Shown here piece after piece: positions 51,401 to 63,279 of a stretch of 64,000 nt of DNA (positions are counted from its first letter, which is position 1; each line of letters opens with the position of its first letter). The stretch covers positions 62,001 to 126,000 of the forward strand of contig NMRA01000347.1 of NCBI GenBank assembly GCA_002633005.1, given 5' to 3'. Source of the stretch: Phoronis australis. Its lineage: Eukaryota; Animalia; Phoronida. The position numbers and the translations under genes were made by a program. Below the pieces are notes generated by a model. That model searched no databases. It was not told the origin of the DNA and saw only the letters and a program-made list of their open reading frames with translations.

Positions 51401-54400
51401 ATTTTTGATGGGAGCTCTTCATTTTTTTGGAAAATTAGGAGTGTGTGCACATACTAGCTTGTTAAATTAAGATCTTGTTGTCTCCAAGATACTGTTGTGA
51501 AGAGTTTTTACCTATTGGTTTTACTAAGCACTCTCTTACGTGTGGTTTATTTCAGCGTGGCATGTCTGGCTGCGCTACAGAGACACGGAGAGTGTCTGGC
51601 TTTGGTCAATAAGAGGCTGGAGGAAGAGACGTCGAACCCTGACCTCTACATCATGAGGGCGAGGTTACATGAAATGTTCAGGAATGTAAGTAGTCTGTTT
51701 TGATTGGTTAATATTTACCATGTATACATTGGGTAGTTTCTCCAGAGAAATAAAAAATCAAAACAACGAAAATACAGAGAAAACTTCTTGGCTTACAGAT
51801 CTCAAAGTATTTGCATTGCGCGATGAAGTTTACCAGTTTTGTTATTATAAATGTTTGTTTTATGATTGGTTACAAGTTCAAAATCTTTTTGGACAAATAA
51901 ATCGCATTCTCCACTCAGTTGATATGTTTATGTGCACAGGCAGTCAGCAAGACTTTGCCCGATTCATGAGGCTCTTTGAGGGAGACCTTTCTGCCTTGTC
52001 GCTAACAAAACTTGACCATCTCCAGGCCTGTCGTAAGATTTTCAACCGAGTTGGTTACCATGACTACGAGGTACAACAGTGTAGTCGCCATATTTTAATT
52101 GATTCTGCTTTATGAATGGCTAAAACCTCCTGGAACGTTGTCGTGAATATAAGCCCCCTTTCCCTCTTGACCATTTGCCAGTGTAACATTGGTCTCAACT
52201 TGTTCTTATGCAGGTGAGAAATGATATCTGGGTTTGCAACAGGTGGCACTTTGGCGCATAAAATTACCTGCCATGACAAGCCAACTTGTAGGGCCTGGAC
52301 TCAAGCAAAAACGAATTGCCAAATTTCTTTCAAACCCCTGAAGTCACTTCCAATTTGACAATCTGATCTAAATAAATATTTATTTGTTATGGAATGCATG
52401 TTTAGTTGCTTTAATTCTATAACTGATTTTATTGGCCGTCGTCAAGTAATCCTGTTTCTTCTCGCAGCCTTTTCGAACAGCAGATGTAAAGGAGGTAAAG
52501 ATCGTCTGCTTATTTCTGCTGTGTTCGCCTGACTCCACCGAGTGACACCATTTATATGTTGTTTGTCAATTCATACATTGTTATCATTATGTATTTGTTA
52601 TCTGATAACTGAATTTGTCTGGGTTATTGCTTACATTTGGCTGCGAGTCTTTCTCTTTGTTTTCCAAATTTTCATCTTAAATCTCGTGGGCAAAAGGCCC
52701 CCTTCCAAATTTTCCAAACAAATATCGATTGTTAGACTAGTAGTCCATTCTTATGCCACATCCAAGGGTTTACCTAGCAGAACTTTCCGAAGATTTACTT
52801 TTAGAATAAGTTTCCGAAGGCCATGTTTGGTTAACTGCCCGCGATCTAATTTATATGCAGCACATGACTTTTAATTGCTTTTGATTCTTTCTTTGTGAAC
52901 ACTCGAGTACAACGAATATCCTATCCCAAAATACAAACAATTGATTTCTCTTTTATTTGCTCTTTTCTTATAAATGGCAGAGAAGAGCATCACCCCCTGA
53001 GACATGCTGGTGACGTTTCAAAAACATTCAAGCAGCTGGTGGTTAGATATGTGGCATGTGTTCACTCCAGTTGTCTTTTTAATTTCTCATACCCTGTGCA
53101 TTAATCCAGACTAATACAGTTAGTTTTGTGCATAAAGTTACTTTTTCCGTGTCTTATATTTTTGTTTTGCGGAAATCCAGAGTGTGTTATATTTATTTAC
53201 CAAAGGCAGTCAGTCTGCGTACTCAGAAGTGAATGGGAGTCATTGTTTTATGCTGAAACTGTTGGATATTTTCCAGCTGCTTCTGAGTAATTTAAGAAAG
53301 GTTGTTGTCGATAATTTGATTTTACAAAAAACACTGCTAACAGGAAAAGTGACTTTTAGTACGTCTGAATTAATTGATCTGTATTTTAATGCCATTTTTA
53401 AAAATTCCTTACTTCTGGACACCAAAGTTCAATTTACTTTAAATTTGAAACATCTTCGGTTGCTTCTCCATAAAGGAAACACGAGTTTAAAAGCAAAATA
53501 ACCCGACTCTCTGATTAAGAATTGTCCTCGATAAAGGAATTTTTAACAGGAAATGGTTTGCTCCTTGACGCAGGAGTTGACGGGGTGCTATACATCACCT
53601 ATTCCTTTTTCAGAATGAAGCAGAGGCTGAGGTTAATTATTATACATTTTGTACACCTACCTGTTGAAGCCATGCTTAACACTTGTATTAGTCATCAACC
53701 CGCTTAAACCACAAGACCTCCTACTGTGTGCCTCAAGTCATGCTTTAGAATCTGATGTTTATTCCTAACAATGGGCTTGTAACAGTATTGTCAAAAAATA
53801 ACTAATCACTCGTTTAGAAGCAGAAAGAAGTGTGGCGTCCTAGCTACAAGCTCTGTGCAAACTCTGGGAGATTCCCAGGTTACTGAGAATTGTTAGAATT
53901 TTTGAAAAAGTAATCTGTGGTTCACATGCTTCAACATGGTAATAAGACGTTATTGCGGATGAGAAAAGCACAGTGGTCAAATAACTGTACTTGGAAAAAA
54001 ATTAAGGTTCTTGTTTCCGATTAAAAATGTTAATTTGTAAATTTAGAGCTGAATTTTAGCTCCCATGTTTAACAGGGACATTTTTGGGGGAGCTAGGGAA
54101 CCAGCCATTCAATGGTGGATCCAGGATTTTCTAAAAGGGGGGGGCCAGATGAAGATTTAAGGGAGGTTCAAGTCAACAATTTTAAAGTTCTGGATTTGAT
54201 ATTGAAATCAAGGGAAGCGAGGGGGGTCCAGACGCCCTTGACCTTCCTGGATCTGCCCATGCCATTTCAAAAATTTGTTTGTAAATTGTCACAACGTGAT
54301 CATCGATCCACCTATACGTGTTCATACTTGTGACTTGTGCCAAGCCCAATGTGAAATCTTCCCTGTTCTTATATTTGTATATTGTGTATACGTCACACTC

Positions 54401-57400
54401 ACATGTAACATGAACTAAGATTATCACGGTTCAACAGGACAGTGTGATTGACAGCTGTCAGGTCCACTGACACACTCATAGTTACTGTTTAATATTGTCT
54501 TTAAAATGTGTTATAAAGCACTCATCTCACTTTATAAATCTTCACCGAGTTTCCACTCTAAAAAGATACACATTATATATACTGAGTCGCTTATTGTCAC
54601 GGTTACACACTTGACGTCAAAGTGCTTAACTGTTTACAATAGGTCACAGCTCATCACAATATTCACCTGTTTGTCACCTCGAACGATTAAGGTGCACCTA
54701 CTTAAACTTTAACAAACGTTACACCATGCGGTATTTCATGAAACTTTTGACTGTTGTATTGTGGACTTGAGTTACGTTATTTGTTTTACTTATTTTTAGA
54801 GTGCCTTATGTGTTTCCTACTTGAACATAAGTTATTTTATTAGACATTCAAATGAAGAGCATTATTGCTACAAGATTTGGCGTTTTTTCCCTTTTGTTTG
54901 TCTGGTTGGCTAAATCCTCCAAAACAGTAAAGGCACACTTAAACCTAGATGTTTACGATATACATGTTATAGAGTCTGGGACTTTAACTCTGCTCCTAGT
55001 ATCTAAAGAAGCCCTGTACACCGCCATGTTTAAAAACATTATTTTGGTTCATGCTTCTGAATGGAACCCTTAGTTTTGATATTCTAAGAAACTAGTAAGT
55101 TAGTGTACTTCCTAATTATTTGCCATGAAATCGTGTTTTTTTTTGACTGTTCCAAGAAGATTCACAGCCGCTAACTTGCTGTAGTTGAAGCCGAAGTTTG
55201 TGTTATTGACTTAGCCTAATTAGAGGTGCATGGGGCTTTATGATTACTTGAGTGGAAAAAAATAGACTGTTTTACGCAATCAATTAGAATTTTCAGTGTG
55301 TCCTTGTGTGTTGATCAACAGCACCACTTGGGGGCATGACTGTCTTTGAATTTTATCTGTAAGAACTTGTTATAATTGGTGAAGTGAGATTTGGTGCTGT
55401 CTGAAAGGAAGTTGGCTTGGATAGGTTTGTTTGTACAAGTGTGAAAATGATGGACGCCGTTAGTCAGTCCACATTTGCCTCTGTGTTTCACATGTTTTAC
55501 TCGTACCAACGGTTAAATTATATTACGTTTAGCTGACGCTGTGTTTCTACGATGTCAAAGATGCGCTGTCGCTGGATCCTGAACACCAGGAGGCACTGAA
55601 GATGAAGGCGAAACTTGCCAAAAAGTCCGAGGACAGTAAACAGCACGCCGTGCGACTCAACCTTCAGGGCAAGTACAGGGACGCCCTACAGAAGATCTCG
55701 ACGGCCATTGAAGCTGATCCAACGGTCGCAAACTTTCATATACTCAGGTATACATGTATAGCTAGAAACTACATCCTTGCTGTGTCAGCACTAAAGCTTC
55801 ATACAGTTGTACACTCTTTAAGTCTCATTTTCAGATGGGCTTAATTTGTGATCAGAAATACATGTATCCTGTGTCGGTAACCAATCTTTTCGTGTTTCCT
55901 AATAAAACGATGCGTTATCGAAGAATAATGATCATACGATGCACTTTTTAAAATACAACTCAAGGGTGAAAAACTTGAGATCCACAATCGAACCAAAATT
56001 CATTATTATCGCTGACAAATATTTTGCCTTGCATATTGGACAAAACCAAATGTTGATGTGACTTGTACATGCGATGTGACAAATTGAGCTATAGCTGAAC
56101 TGACCGATCAGAACGCAGCATTCTTGACACACCTTCGTTTCCAAGCTGCCATCTTACTCGACAAACAACACGTAGTTGGGTGAAACTTATTGTTTGTTTG
56201 TCGGTATTTTGTAAGGGAGGGGAGCTTGTGATAATTCAATTGTGACTTGCTATTAACAAGAACCCATTCCCTGAGCTCTCTCCTGCGAATAACAATGTCG
56301 GACAATCCGTGCAAGAGTAAAATTAAAACCATCCCATTCTCCTTTGCATTCCAGAGGTGCTTTACACCGCAGGCTCAATGATTTCAATGCGGCTATAGAC
56401 GATTTCCTGTTAGCTTTGGACAAGACAGATCATGACGAGGAACATCCCGTCTATGTAGAGTCGCAGCGCCAGCTGTTGTTGACCTACAATGACTTTGCTG
56501 TGGAGTGTTTCCAGAAGAGTTACTATGACGAGGCGATAGTGCTGCTTAACAAGGCTATAAAGGGGGAGAAGAGGGAGAAAGGACTGTATGTCAACAGGGG
56601 AGGTAATTTTAGAGATCTCCGTGCGCCATCTGTTGTGGACGGTGCAGTAAGATGAAGTTGAGTTTGGAGCCAAAATGCTGTTTTTTGGCGTTGTCATGGA
56701 GTTGTTATTTCAGACATTTTCATTCTTTTATCTCCCCTTCCTTGATTTTTCTTGTTTTTCTCAGTCAGTTGAGGGTTGGTAGTAAGTAGAATTGTCATGA
56801 GAGATAACCCACATTGTAGTGGTATTGATCACACAGTGTGCTGGCACTACTTGTCTGTATTCTTACGCATACATGCTTAACTGACTGACTTTACACGTCA
56901 GATAACTAGTCCCTCATGACATCATGAGACAGTGTTTTTGCTCCAACATTTTACAGTTAATAAATAATCATTCAAGTATTACATGCAATACAGAACAATG
57001 CTTGCACGTGTAGTGACCCAGGTGACAGCGTCAGTGGAGTTTGGGTTCAAGGATAATCTTAGGCCCTCCCTTTTTCTCAAGGAAACATTTTGTGTAACTC
57101 ATCAGTGTTGAGTCAGCCAGTTGTGAATAGTTGATTAAAAGTTGGGTCATTTGTTGACCTTTTTACGGGTAGTGTAAATTGTTGCACACGAATCTCAGAG
57201 GCTGAGCATAGATTTGTGGAACACGAACCACGTAATCAATGATCCAGAAATTGTCATGCAAGCGACTTATCGATTAACTAACGCTTACTTTAGACGACAG
57301 CTATCCCACAATCCTTTGCGTATACGTATGAGGTCGTGTGCTGTCCATCAAAAGATCAATGGAAACATTACAATGATTTCACATTCCATGACTGCTTACT

Positions 57401-59778
57401 CCCCAGACTGCTTCTACAGACAGCGAGAGTTCTCCTTTGCTTTGGCTGACTACCACCAGGCCCTTGACCTTGACCCCACAGACCAAGCAATCAAATCTAG
57501 AGTTGCCGTTATACATAACGACTACGGCAACACTGAATACAACGAGAAAAACTACTTGGTGAGTCCAATCATTTGGGATTTCAGCATTATAATTTGAATT
57601 GTTTTTTCGTATTTTAATATCAGTGAATGTGGCGAATTTTTGTTAAGGATATTTTGCGGAGACAAGTCTTTACCTGGTGATTGCCTACAGGGGGAGCTGA
57701 CTTGTGATGGACGAGTGTCCAGCGCAGGAGGATTTGAAGGACTCTAATTTTCTCGCGCTATTAAAACTCGAGTTTACAGGTGAACCAGTTAGCTTGATTG
57801 TTGGTGAATGATTTACATTTATTAACTTTTACCCTCTTTTTCTGTTTTCTTTTTTGTAGGAGGCGGAGACTCGGTTTACTCTTGCTATTCAGCATAATGG
57901 TAGGATAGGACAGTATTACTTGTCAAGAGCTAGGACACGCTTTATGATGGAGGAATTGGCCGGTGCTCGACAAGACATTCTGTACGCCCTTCATTTGGAT
58001 CCGAAGAACGAGGAGATTCTCTCGATCCTGTCTAGACTCTTCCCTGGTAAAACCATCACCGATGTCATCCATAGTCCCGCTGCAGAGGGTGTGAAAACAG
58101 CTCTGGAGTTAGACCGGGTGCCTAAGGCAACCCCTGTTGCAGATTCTACCGAGTAAGATTGTTGTTTCTACGTCCTCGTTTTGCAAATTAGAATGAATGT
58201 GTTGTTACTTAACGAAACTTAGTGTATCTTATTGTGTGAAAACGAGTGGAGGTTAGAAAATTGTATGAAGAGGATTGGAATTGAGCTTTTGTGCTTATGA
58301 GCTACTGTCTTCTGTCAATATGTAGCAATATGTCAATATTCTGTCAATATGTAGCACTTTAATAGTTCACTGCTAATAGTATTCTAGTCTTATTTTATTC
58401 TTAGAAGTGATATCTGGACTTTGGGAGAACTAGCAATATTCAGCTGTGAGGAGATCAGGCTGATATGCAGGCGCCATCTATTGCCTCAAATAGAAATAAA
58501 GCGTCCTTCTTCACAAGCCCCAAAACCATTTTTTCCTTTTTCTTAAATGGCACGGGCTGAGTGTAGTTGAGACATAACAGAAATGTTAACAAGGTGACAT
58601 ATAGGCCCCTGTTGTAGGGAATGTTCTAATTGTCAAATATTCTTAATTAGTAATCTGTTTATACTCCTGAGTCTGTGTCACTTCAATAAATAAACAAATA
58701 CTGATTTAACCTTTTGGTGGTATAAATAAAACATGTTAATTTAATGACTGTTACCATAGCTGCAGCTAATTAAAATCAATGACTAAGTCTGAGCAAGCTA
58801 GAGTTGGATGTCCAAGTTTTAAGATGTCGTGTTTTACAGGGATTCAGAAGACAACATAGCAGACGTGCCGCAGCCCGAGGTTGAGGGGACGTCATTCTGG
58901 AAGGCTGGGTTCATGTTCCCCAGCATCCGCGCGTGTATGGAGGAACAAGAGTTTCACTCTAAAATACTCAAGGGCAAGAAGAAGGTAAAGTGTTGTTATT
59001 GAAGCCAAATGCAGTGGAATGAGATTTTCATGCTTCAAATTTTTTGGTTCAATTCAATTGAAAATGGGTGCAATGCATAGCTTTTTTAGTTGTGGTTTCA
59101 TTTCAATATTTACTTTGACAAAATTAGTTTTTGATTAGCTGTTATTAACTTTCAACCATTTTGGCAAGTGACACGCAAGGTCAGTGAAAGTAGTTCTTTG
59201 TGAACCCTGCTCTTAGTCATACTACTGTCCCGGTGTAGTAAACACAGCTTAAAAAAAGGTTTATGACCCTGGCTGAGAAGATAATTGTTTTATTACCCCT
59301 TGTGGATCTGTGAATAGGCAAGCCCGTAAGGTTCTAGAAAATTCATTTATCGTGGGTTCTTCATTTGTAGTTATTTTATCAGTATTGCTTGCATTGGAAA
59401 AAGTAAGGGTGCTTTGTAGAAAACTTCATCGAGTACTTGGGGATCTCATGAAGGCAGGCAACCAAACAGACAACCTCTTAGCTGTGTAGCTGGCCAATAT
59501 GCATTCTGATGTTTTTTAAAGGGATATGCCGTTACACATGAATAGTCTAACCGTCATTGTTGTAGGTGAACACTCGTCTCAAGGCAGTCTACCATGAGAG
59601 GAAGACGTTGAGATATAAGGGAGTACGACTGCGACCCCTTCCCGATCCTGTCCCATTTGCTCGTCAAGGCGGACCTAGCCTGAAGAAAGACATTCCACTG
59701 GGTGAAATCAAGGAGAAGAGCCAATCAACAGGCTGGAAGAAATTCACCATGGGTATTGGCCTATTAAATAGTACATAG
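45430..59778 (+). CDS. TTC16: Tetratricopeptide repeat protein 16, ~921 aa
   Basis: Coding exons 45430-46141, 47197-47336, 48194-48375, 49291-49626, 51556-51685, 55533-55747, 56355-56602, 57407-57558, 57860-58152, 58840-58984, 59566-59778, all phase-consistent. Motifs EAYLQLCDFQSA, QGQCLFDQ, QRQLLLTYNDFAVECF, LLNKAIKGEKREKGLYVNRGDCF and GARQDI..LFPG match TTC16. AATAAA near 59968 and 60686. Confidence 0.93.
46271..46605. mobile_element. Fold-back (palindromic) MITE in a TTC16 intron
   Basis: The whole ~335 bp is an imperfect inverted repeat: CCTTGACAGTTTCGGCTC..ATCAGCAGC..GATCAGGCTGTT..TGACCAATC pairs with GATTGGTCA..AACAGCCTGATC..GCTGCTGAT..GAGCCGAAACTATCAAGG. Confidence 0.8.
47010..47167. 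repeat. 51-bp tandem repeat, 3 copies
   Basis: ACTGTGTCTGGTT(G/A)AGAGTGGTGTCCACA(T/C)GTAATACTACATTGATTAAAT at 47010, 47061, 47112. Confidence 0.92.
47347..47526. repeat. ~90-bp tandem duplication joined by a single N (47436)
   Basis: TGTCTTTTGTT..GTGTGACACAGCTGGAAATCC..GAGTGGTATGACTCACT occurs twice. Confidence 0.88.
48814..48981. repeat. 28-bp tandem repeat, 6 copies
   Basis: ACTGAGGGGCACAGATTGAGGTGCCCAA units. Confidence 0.95.
49655..49745. repeat. ~21-bp degenerate tandem repeat, 4 copies
   Basis: TAACTAGGGGCGTGTCT(C/T)ATG units starting ~30 nt after the TTC16 exon 49291-49626. Confidence 0.75.
54110..54261. mobile_element. MITE with 5-bp TSD (same family as 19207-19363)
   Basis: CAATGGTGGATCCAGG...CCTGGATCTGCCCATG flanked by CCATT/CCATT; shares internal CAAGTCAACAATTT..GATTTGATAT. 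Confidence 0.85.
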
Positions 59779-60939
59779 TGATTGGCAGGGCAGTTTGTTC
59801 TTTTTGTTTGCTCCAGTTGGAAAGATTATGGTCTCAACATTTCCTGAATGGGGTCTGCCTATACTATTTGCCTTGTTTTCTAGAAAATAATTTGGAATTT
59901 TTTTGAATGTGAAGCTGTGATATGCATGTGATTGTAATTGTCCAGGACATAATAGTAAATTGTTGCAAATAAAACTAAATACACTTAGTAGTTATTCCAA
60001 TATTCTTTAGTTTCGTCGCTGGTCAATAGATGGCATTGCTAGTTTCGAGCTTCTTTCTCGTTCTGAAATTAAAGTGTCATGTCAGCAGTCAGTCTAGTTG
60101 TCAGTGAATGCCATTTGGTATTGATACTGTAGGCAACAGTAGTGGCATAGTTTACAACTACCATTCAGTCGCTCTTGCATATATTTCACCACACCACGAG
60201 TTTTATTGTCTGTCAAAAACTGGCACAGCTTGAGTTGAAGTTCAACACTTAATTTGAACTACTGTGATATTGTCAGGTTGTTCCTCATTGGTGGAAATAT
60301 CCGTGATGTTTGCATCTTGTTCCTCATTGGTGGATACCAATGTGAGATATTTTGAGCTTGTTTCTCATTGGTGGATGTATCAGTGGTATTGTTTCTCATT
60401 GGAGGACATATTAATGAATGCAGTGATTCCATTCATTGCTTTGCTTTTGTGAACCCATGGTTTTGTAAGTTGGCTTTAATTTGCGGTGACAGTTTGTAAA
60501 AGGTGGTTTTGTACAGTTGCGTGTCTGTTTTCATCATGTTTATAAATCATTGTTCTATACATTAATGTACATTTTTGTAAATTATTGTTACCACAGATAT
60601 AAGATTACAGAAGTTTATGTTGTTACTGAGTTGTAAATGGTGAGCTTGTTGGATATTTACTTTTAAAATTGTTATAACAGAAACAAATAAAGTTTTTAAT
60701 TTCTATTTCTCATTGTTGATATTGGTCTTTTGATCACATGATGGCGCTTGCGGGATGCCCTCTAAAACAAGTCCATAATGGTAATGATGATGCATGAAAT
60801 CTTAAAAAATATATATTGGAAAGATTAGCATTAGCCTGCTTGTTAAGGTCTAACTGAAAAATTGACATTCAAGCTTTATGCTCAGTTTTTATTTTTCATG
60901 ATTTGATAACAGAATATGTGACGATGCAGCCACAGAGTG

Positions 60940-61290
60940 GTGGTTGAATGCAGGATGTGGAGGTGTACACAGTACATGTATGTGTGGTTATACACTACAG
61001 AGTGGAGGCTGTACACGTGTGTGTGCGTGCGTGTGGGTGTGCGTGTTTGTGTTCGTGTACATGGTATGAGTGCTTTTTTACTCTATATGAGGTTGTTATG
61101 TAGACAGTATTTTTGGGTGAGTATTTGGCCGCCATACGGTATATTTGTGTACATGCATATGCGCATTGTATGTGTGCTTGTTTACAGTATCCGTGGTTGT
61201 ACACGGTATACCTCTCTATGCGAGTGTGCACAATATTCGTGGGTGTACACAGTATATTTCAGTGGGCTACACTGTCAGTGTATAATGACT
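60940..61290. repeat. TG/GTAC-rich low-complexity tract
   Basis: Degenerate (TG)n and GTGTACAC repeats; source of spurious Cys/Val-rich ORFs. Confidence 0.7.
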
Positions 61291-62703
61291 GTGGTCGTTG
61301 CAAACCTCAGTTCTGTCCCCACCACCCCAGGAACAGCTCTATCCAAGTGTGCAAAGCAGTTCTCTTGTAAGTAAAAACACTTGAAGGTACAGTTTTTATA
61401 GTGATCAATGAGTGGTTTAAATCAACAGTTGGTTTCTTGAAGCAAAAGTTAGTCATGGCAGCCGCAATTAAACTTGTCAGGAGATACCTTGACAAAGTAA
61501 GGCAGATGTCCCCAAACAACACGACGCATCTTGATTGGTATTTTCAATTCACAAGTGGAAAAATTAACACACCGGAACCGGGTACGTCGAGTTTTGAGGT
61601 TAGCTAGGTTTGCTGGGCCAATATGTGTACATGGAGTATAATATAGACCACATTCTCTCATAAAACATTTGCATGCGCGTGCCAGTGTGACTGAACAAAA
61701 AGGCGTCTCGGGTCAACCCAACCGTCTAGTGACTGCTTGTGATCAAATTGCCAAGACTTCTTCTCCACCACAAGTGCTTGAAATATCTGACGTGTTCGTA
61801 TCAATTACGATCATAAAGAAGTCGTCATGCCGTAAGTACAATGTATAACGCCGTAAAATTACGCCCGTAATTGACTTATCCAATGACGCACTGAATTACA
61901 ACTTCAGCATACAATGCAACTACTTATCTATGATAGGCCAGGGGATCACTGAGGTGTGCCAAAAATGCTGAGAGACCCCAAGTCTGTTAATTCCCACCCC
62001 TTTGCGGAGTAGATTTTTATGCCTCGCTCCCTCCTGGTAATAAAAATTTAGGGGTCCCATTGGACCCCGTGTGGGTCCCGCAAAACTTGATGAAAAAGTA
62101 CTGCATGCCTTCCTGCAACTTTTGGTACACGCCTGCACTCGGGCACGCTGTCAATAGTGAGTGACACCTCGGGAAGATATACGCCCGTAATTACTAATCA
62201 TTGCACCATAAATTACGACGGCGTAAATTACTCTCGCAACTCAATTCTTCACGGCATAAAATTAGTCTAATAATTTAATCATGGCGAACAAGTCATTGCG
62301 GAAATGAATGTCGAAGGCAATCCCACTCCAGCCTCCTTATAAATCCACTTTGGCATCGTCAAGTTGCGTTACCGTGACACGCGCAATAGATCTTGGCTGA
62401 TGTGACCGTTTACAAGCCCGCTAATTATATTTGGTCTGCTATTGTTTTTTGCTATACAAGCAGTTAAAACCCTTAAAAATTCGAAGCTAGTGTCGTTTAT
62501 TGATGTATATTTTTACCGGATTTTAAAAAGTTTTGAACTGTCTCTACTTAAATTTGAACCGATCTCGACATATATGACACTGATTTTTTATGCTTTTTGA
62601 CAGCACAACAACATGTTTGATGAATTTCTTGACCCAAACATCTGTAAGAATTACGTCATTAATTCTTCTTTTGATCTTTTTATTTCGTTTCTTTTTTCTC
62701 CAA

Positions 62704-63279
62704 ATGGGCATAGATTTCGAAACAAAATACAACTCATTAATCGTCAAATACATTCCCAAGGAGTACACGGAAGTCGAACTAAAGAGATTATTCGAAGAAA
62801 TTGGTCCAATTTCAAATTGCTCTATATCCAAAGACTCCGAGGGACAGTTTAATCTTGGATTCGGTTTCATCGAGTATGAGCGAAAACAAAATGCCAAAAA
62901 AGCCATTGAAAGCTTTGACAAAATGATCGTCAACAATCGCAAACTGCGAGTCGACTACGCAATCAAAGACCCAACCATTCCCAGGGGTGTAAATCTTTGC
63001 ATTTGGGATATTCCCGATTATTACACGAAGGGAAAACTGAAGAAAGAATTCAAGAGGTTCGGAAAAATCATCTGCACACGCGTTTTGCCCGAGGGAATCG
63101 GGTACGTTATATTCCACGAAAGAGACAGCGCGAACAAAGCGATGCAGGAAATGAATGGCAAAGAAATAGAACAGGGGCAGGGCATTTTGAGAATGGCCAT
63201 ATTACCGGCGAAGGAGGAAGACAAAGCCAGCCCAAGCGTAGCAGAAAACAACGACAAACAACCTGCACAAAAAGTATAA
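62704..63279 (+). CDS. Two-RRM RNA-binding protein, divergent ELAV/Hu/Sex-lethal-like; RRM-coding region uninterrupted
   Basis: RRM1 (NSLIVKYIP...LGFGFIEY...LRVDYA) and RRM2 (NLCIWDIP...FGKIICTRVL...GIGYVIF..AMQEMNG) follow the ELAV RRM1-RRM2 pattern. The N-terminus is uncertain: ATG at 62704, or a splice acceptor at 62711-62712 after a long pyrimidine tract. Confidence 0.82.
   Translation: MGIDFETKYNSLIVKYIPKEYTEVELKRLFEEIGPISNCSISKDSEGQFNLGFGFIEYERKQNAKKAIESFDKMIVNNRKLRVDYAIKDPTIPRGVNLCIWDIPDYYTKGKLKKEFKRFGKIICTRVLPEGIGYVIFHERDSANKAMQEMNGKEIEQGQGILRMAILPAKEEDKASPSVAENNDKQPAQKV

Noticed and set aside
60937-61374. 145-aa Cys/Val/Tyr-rich ORF
   Set aside because: It comes from TG-rich low-complexity DNA.
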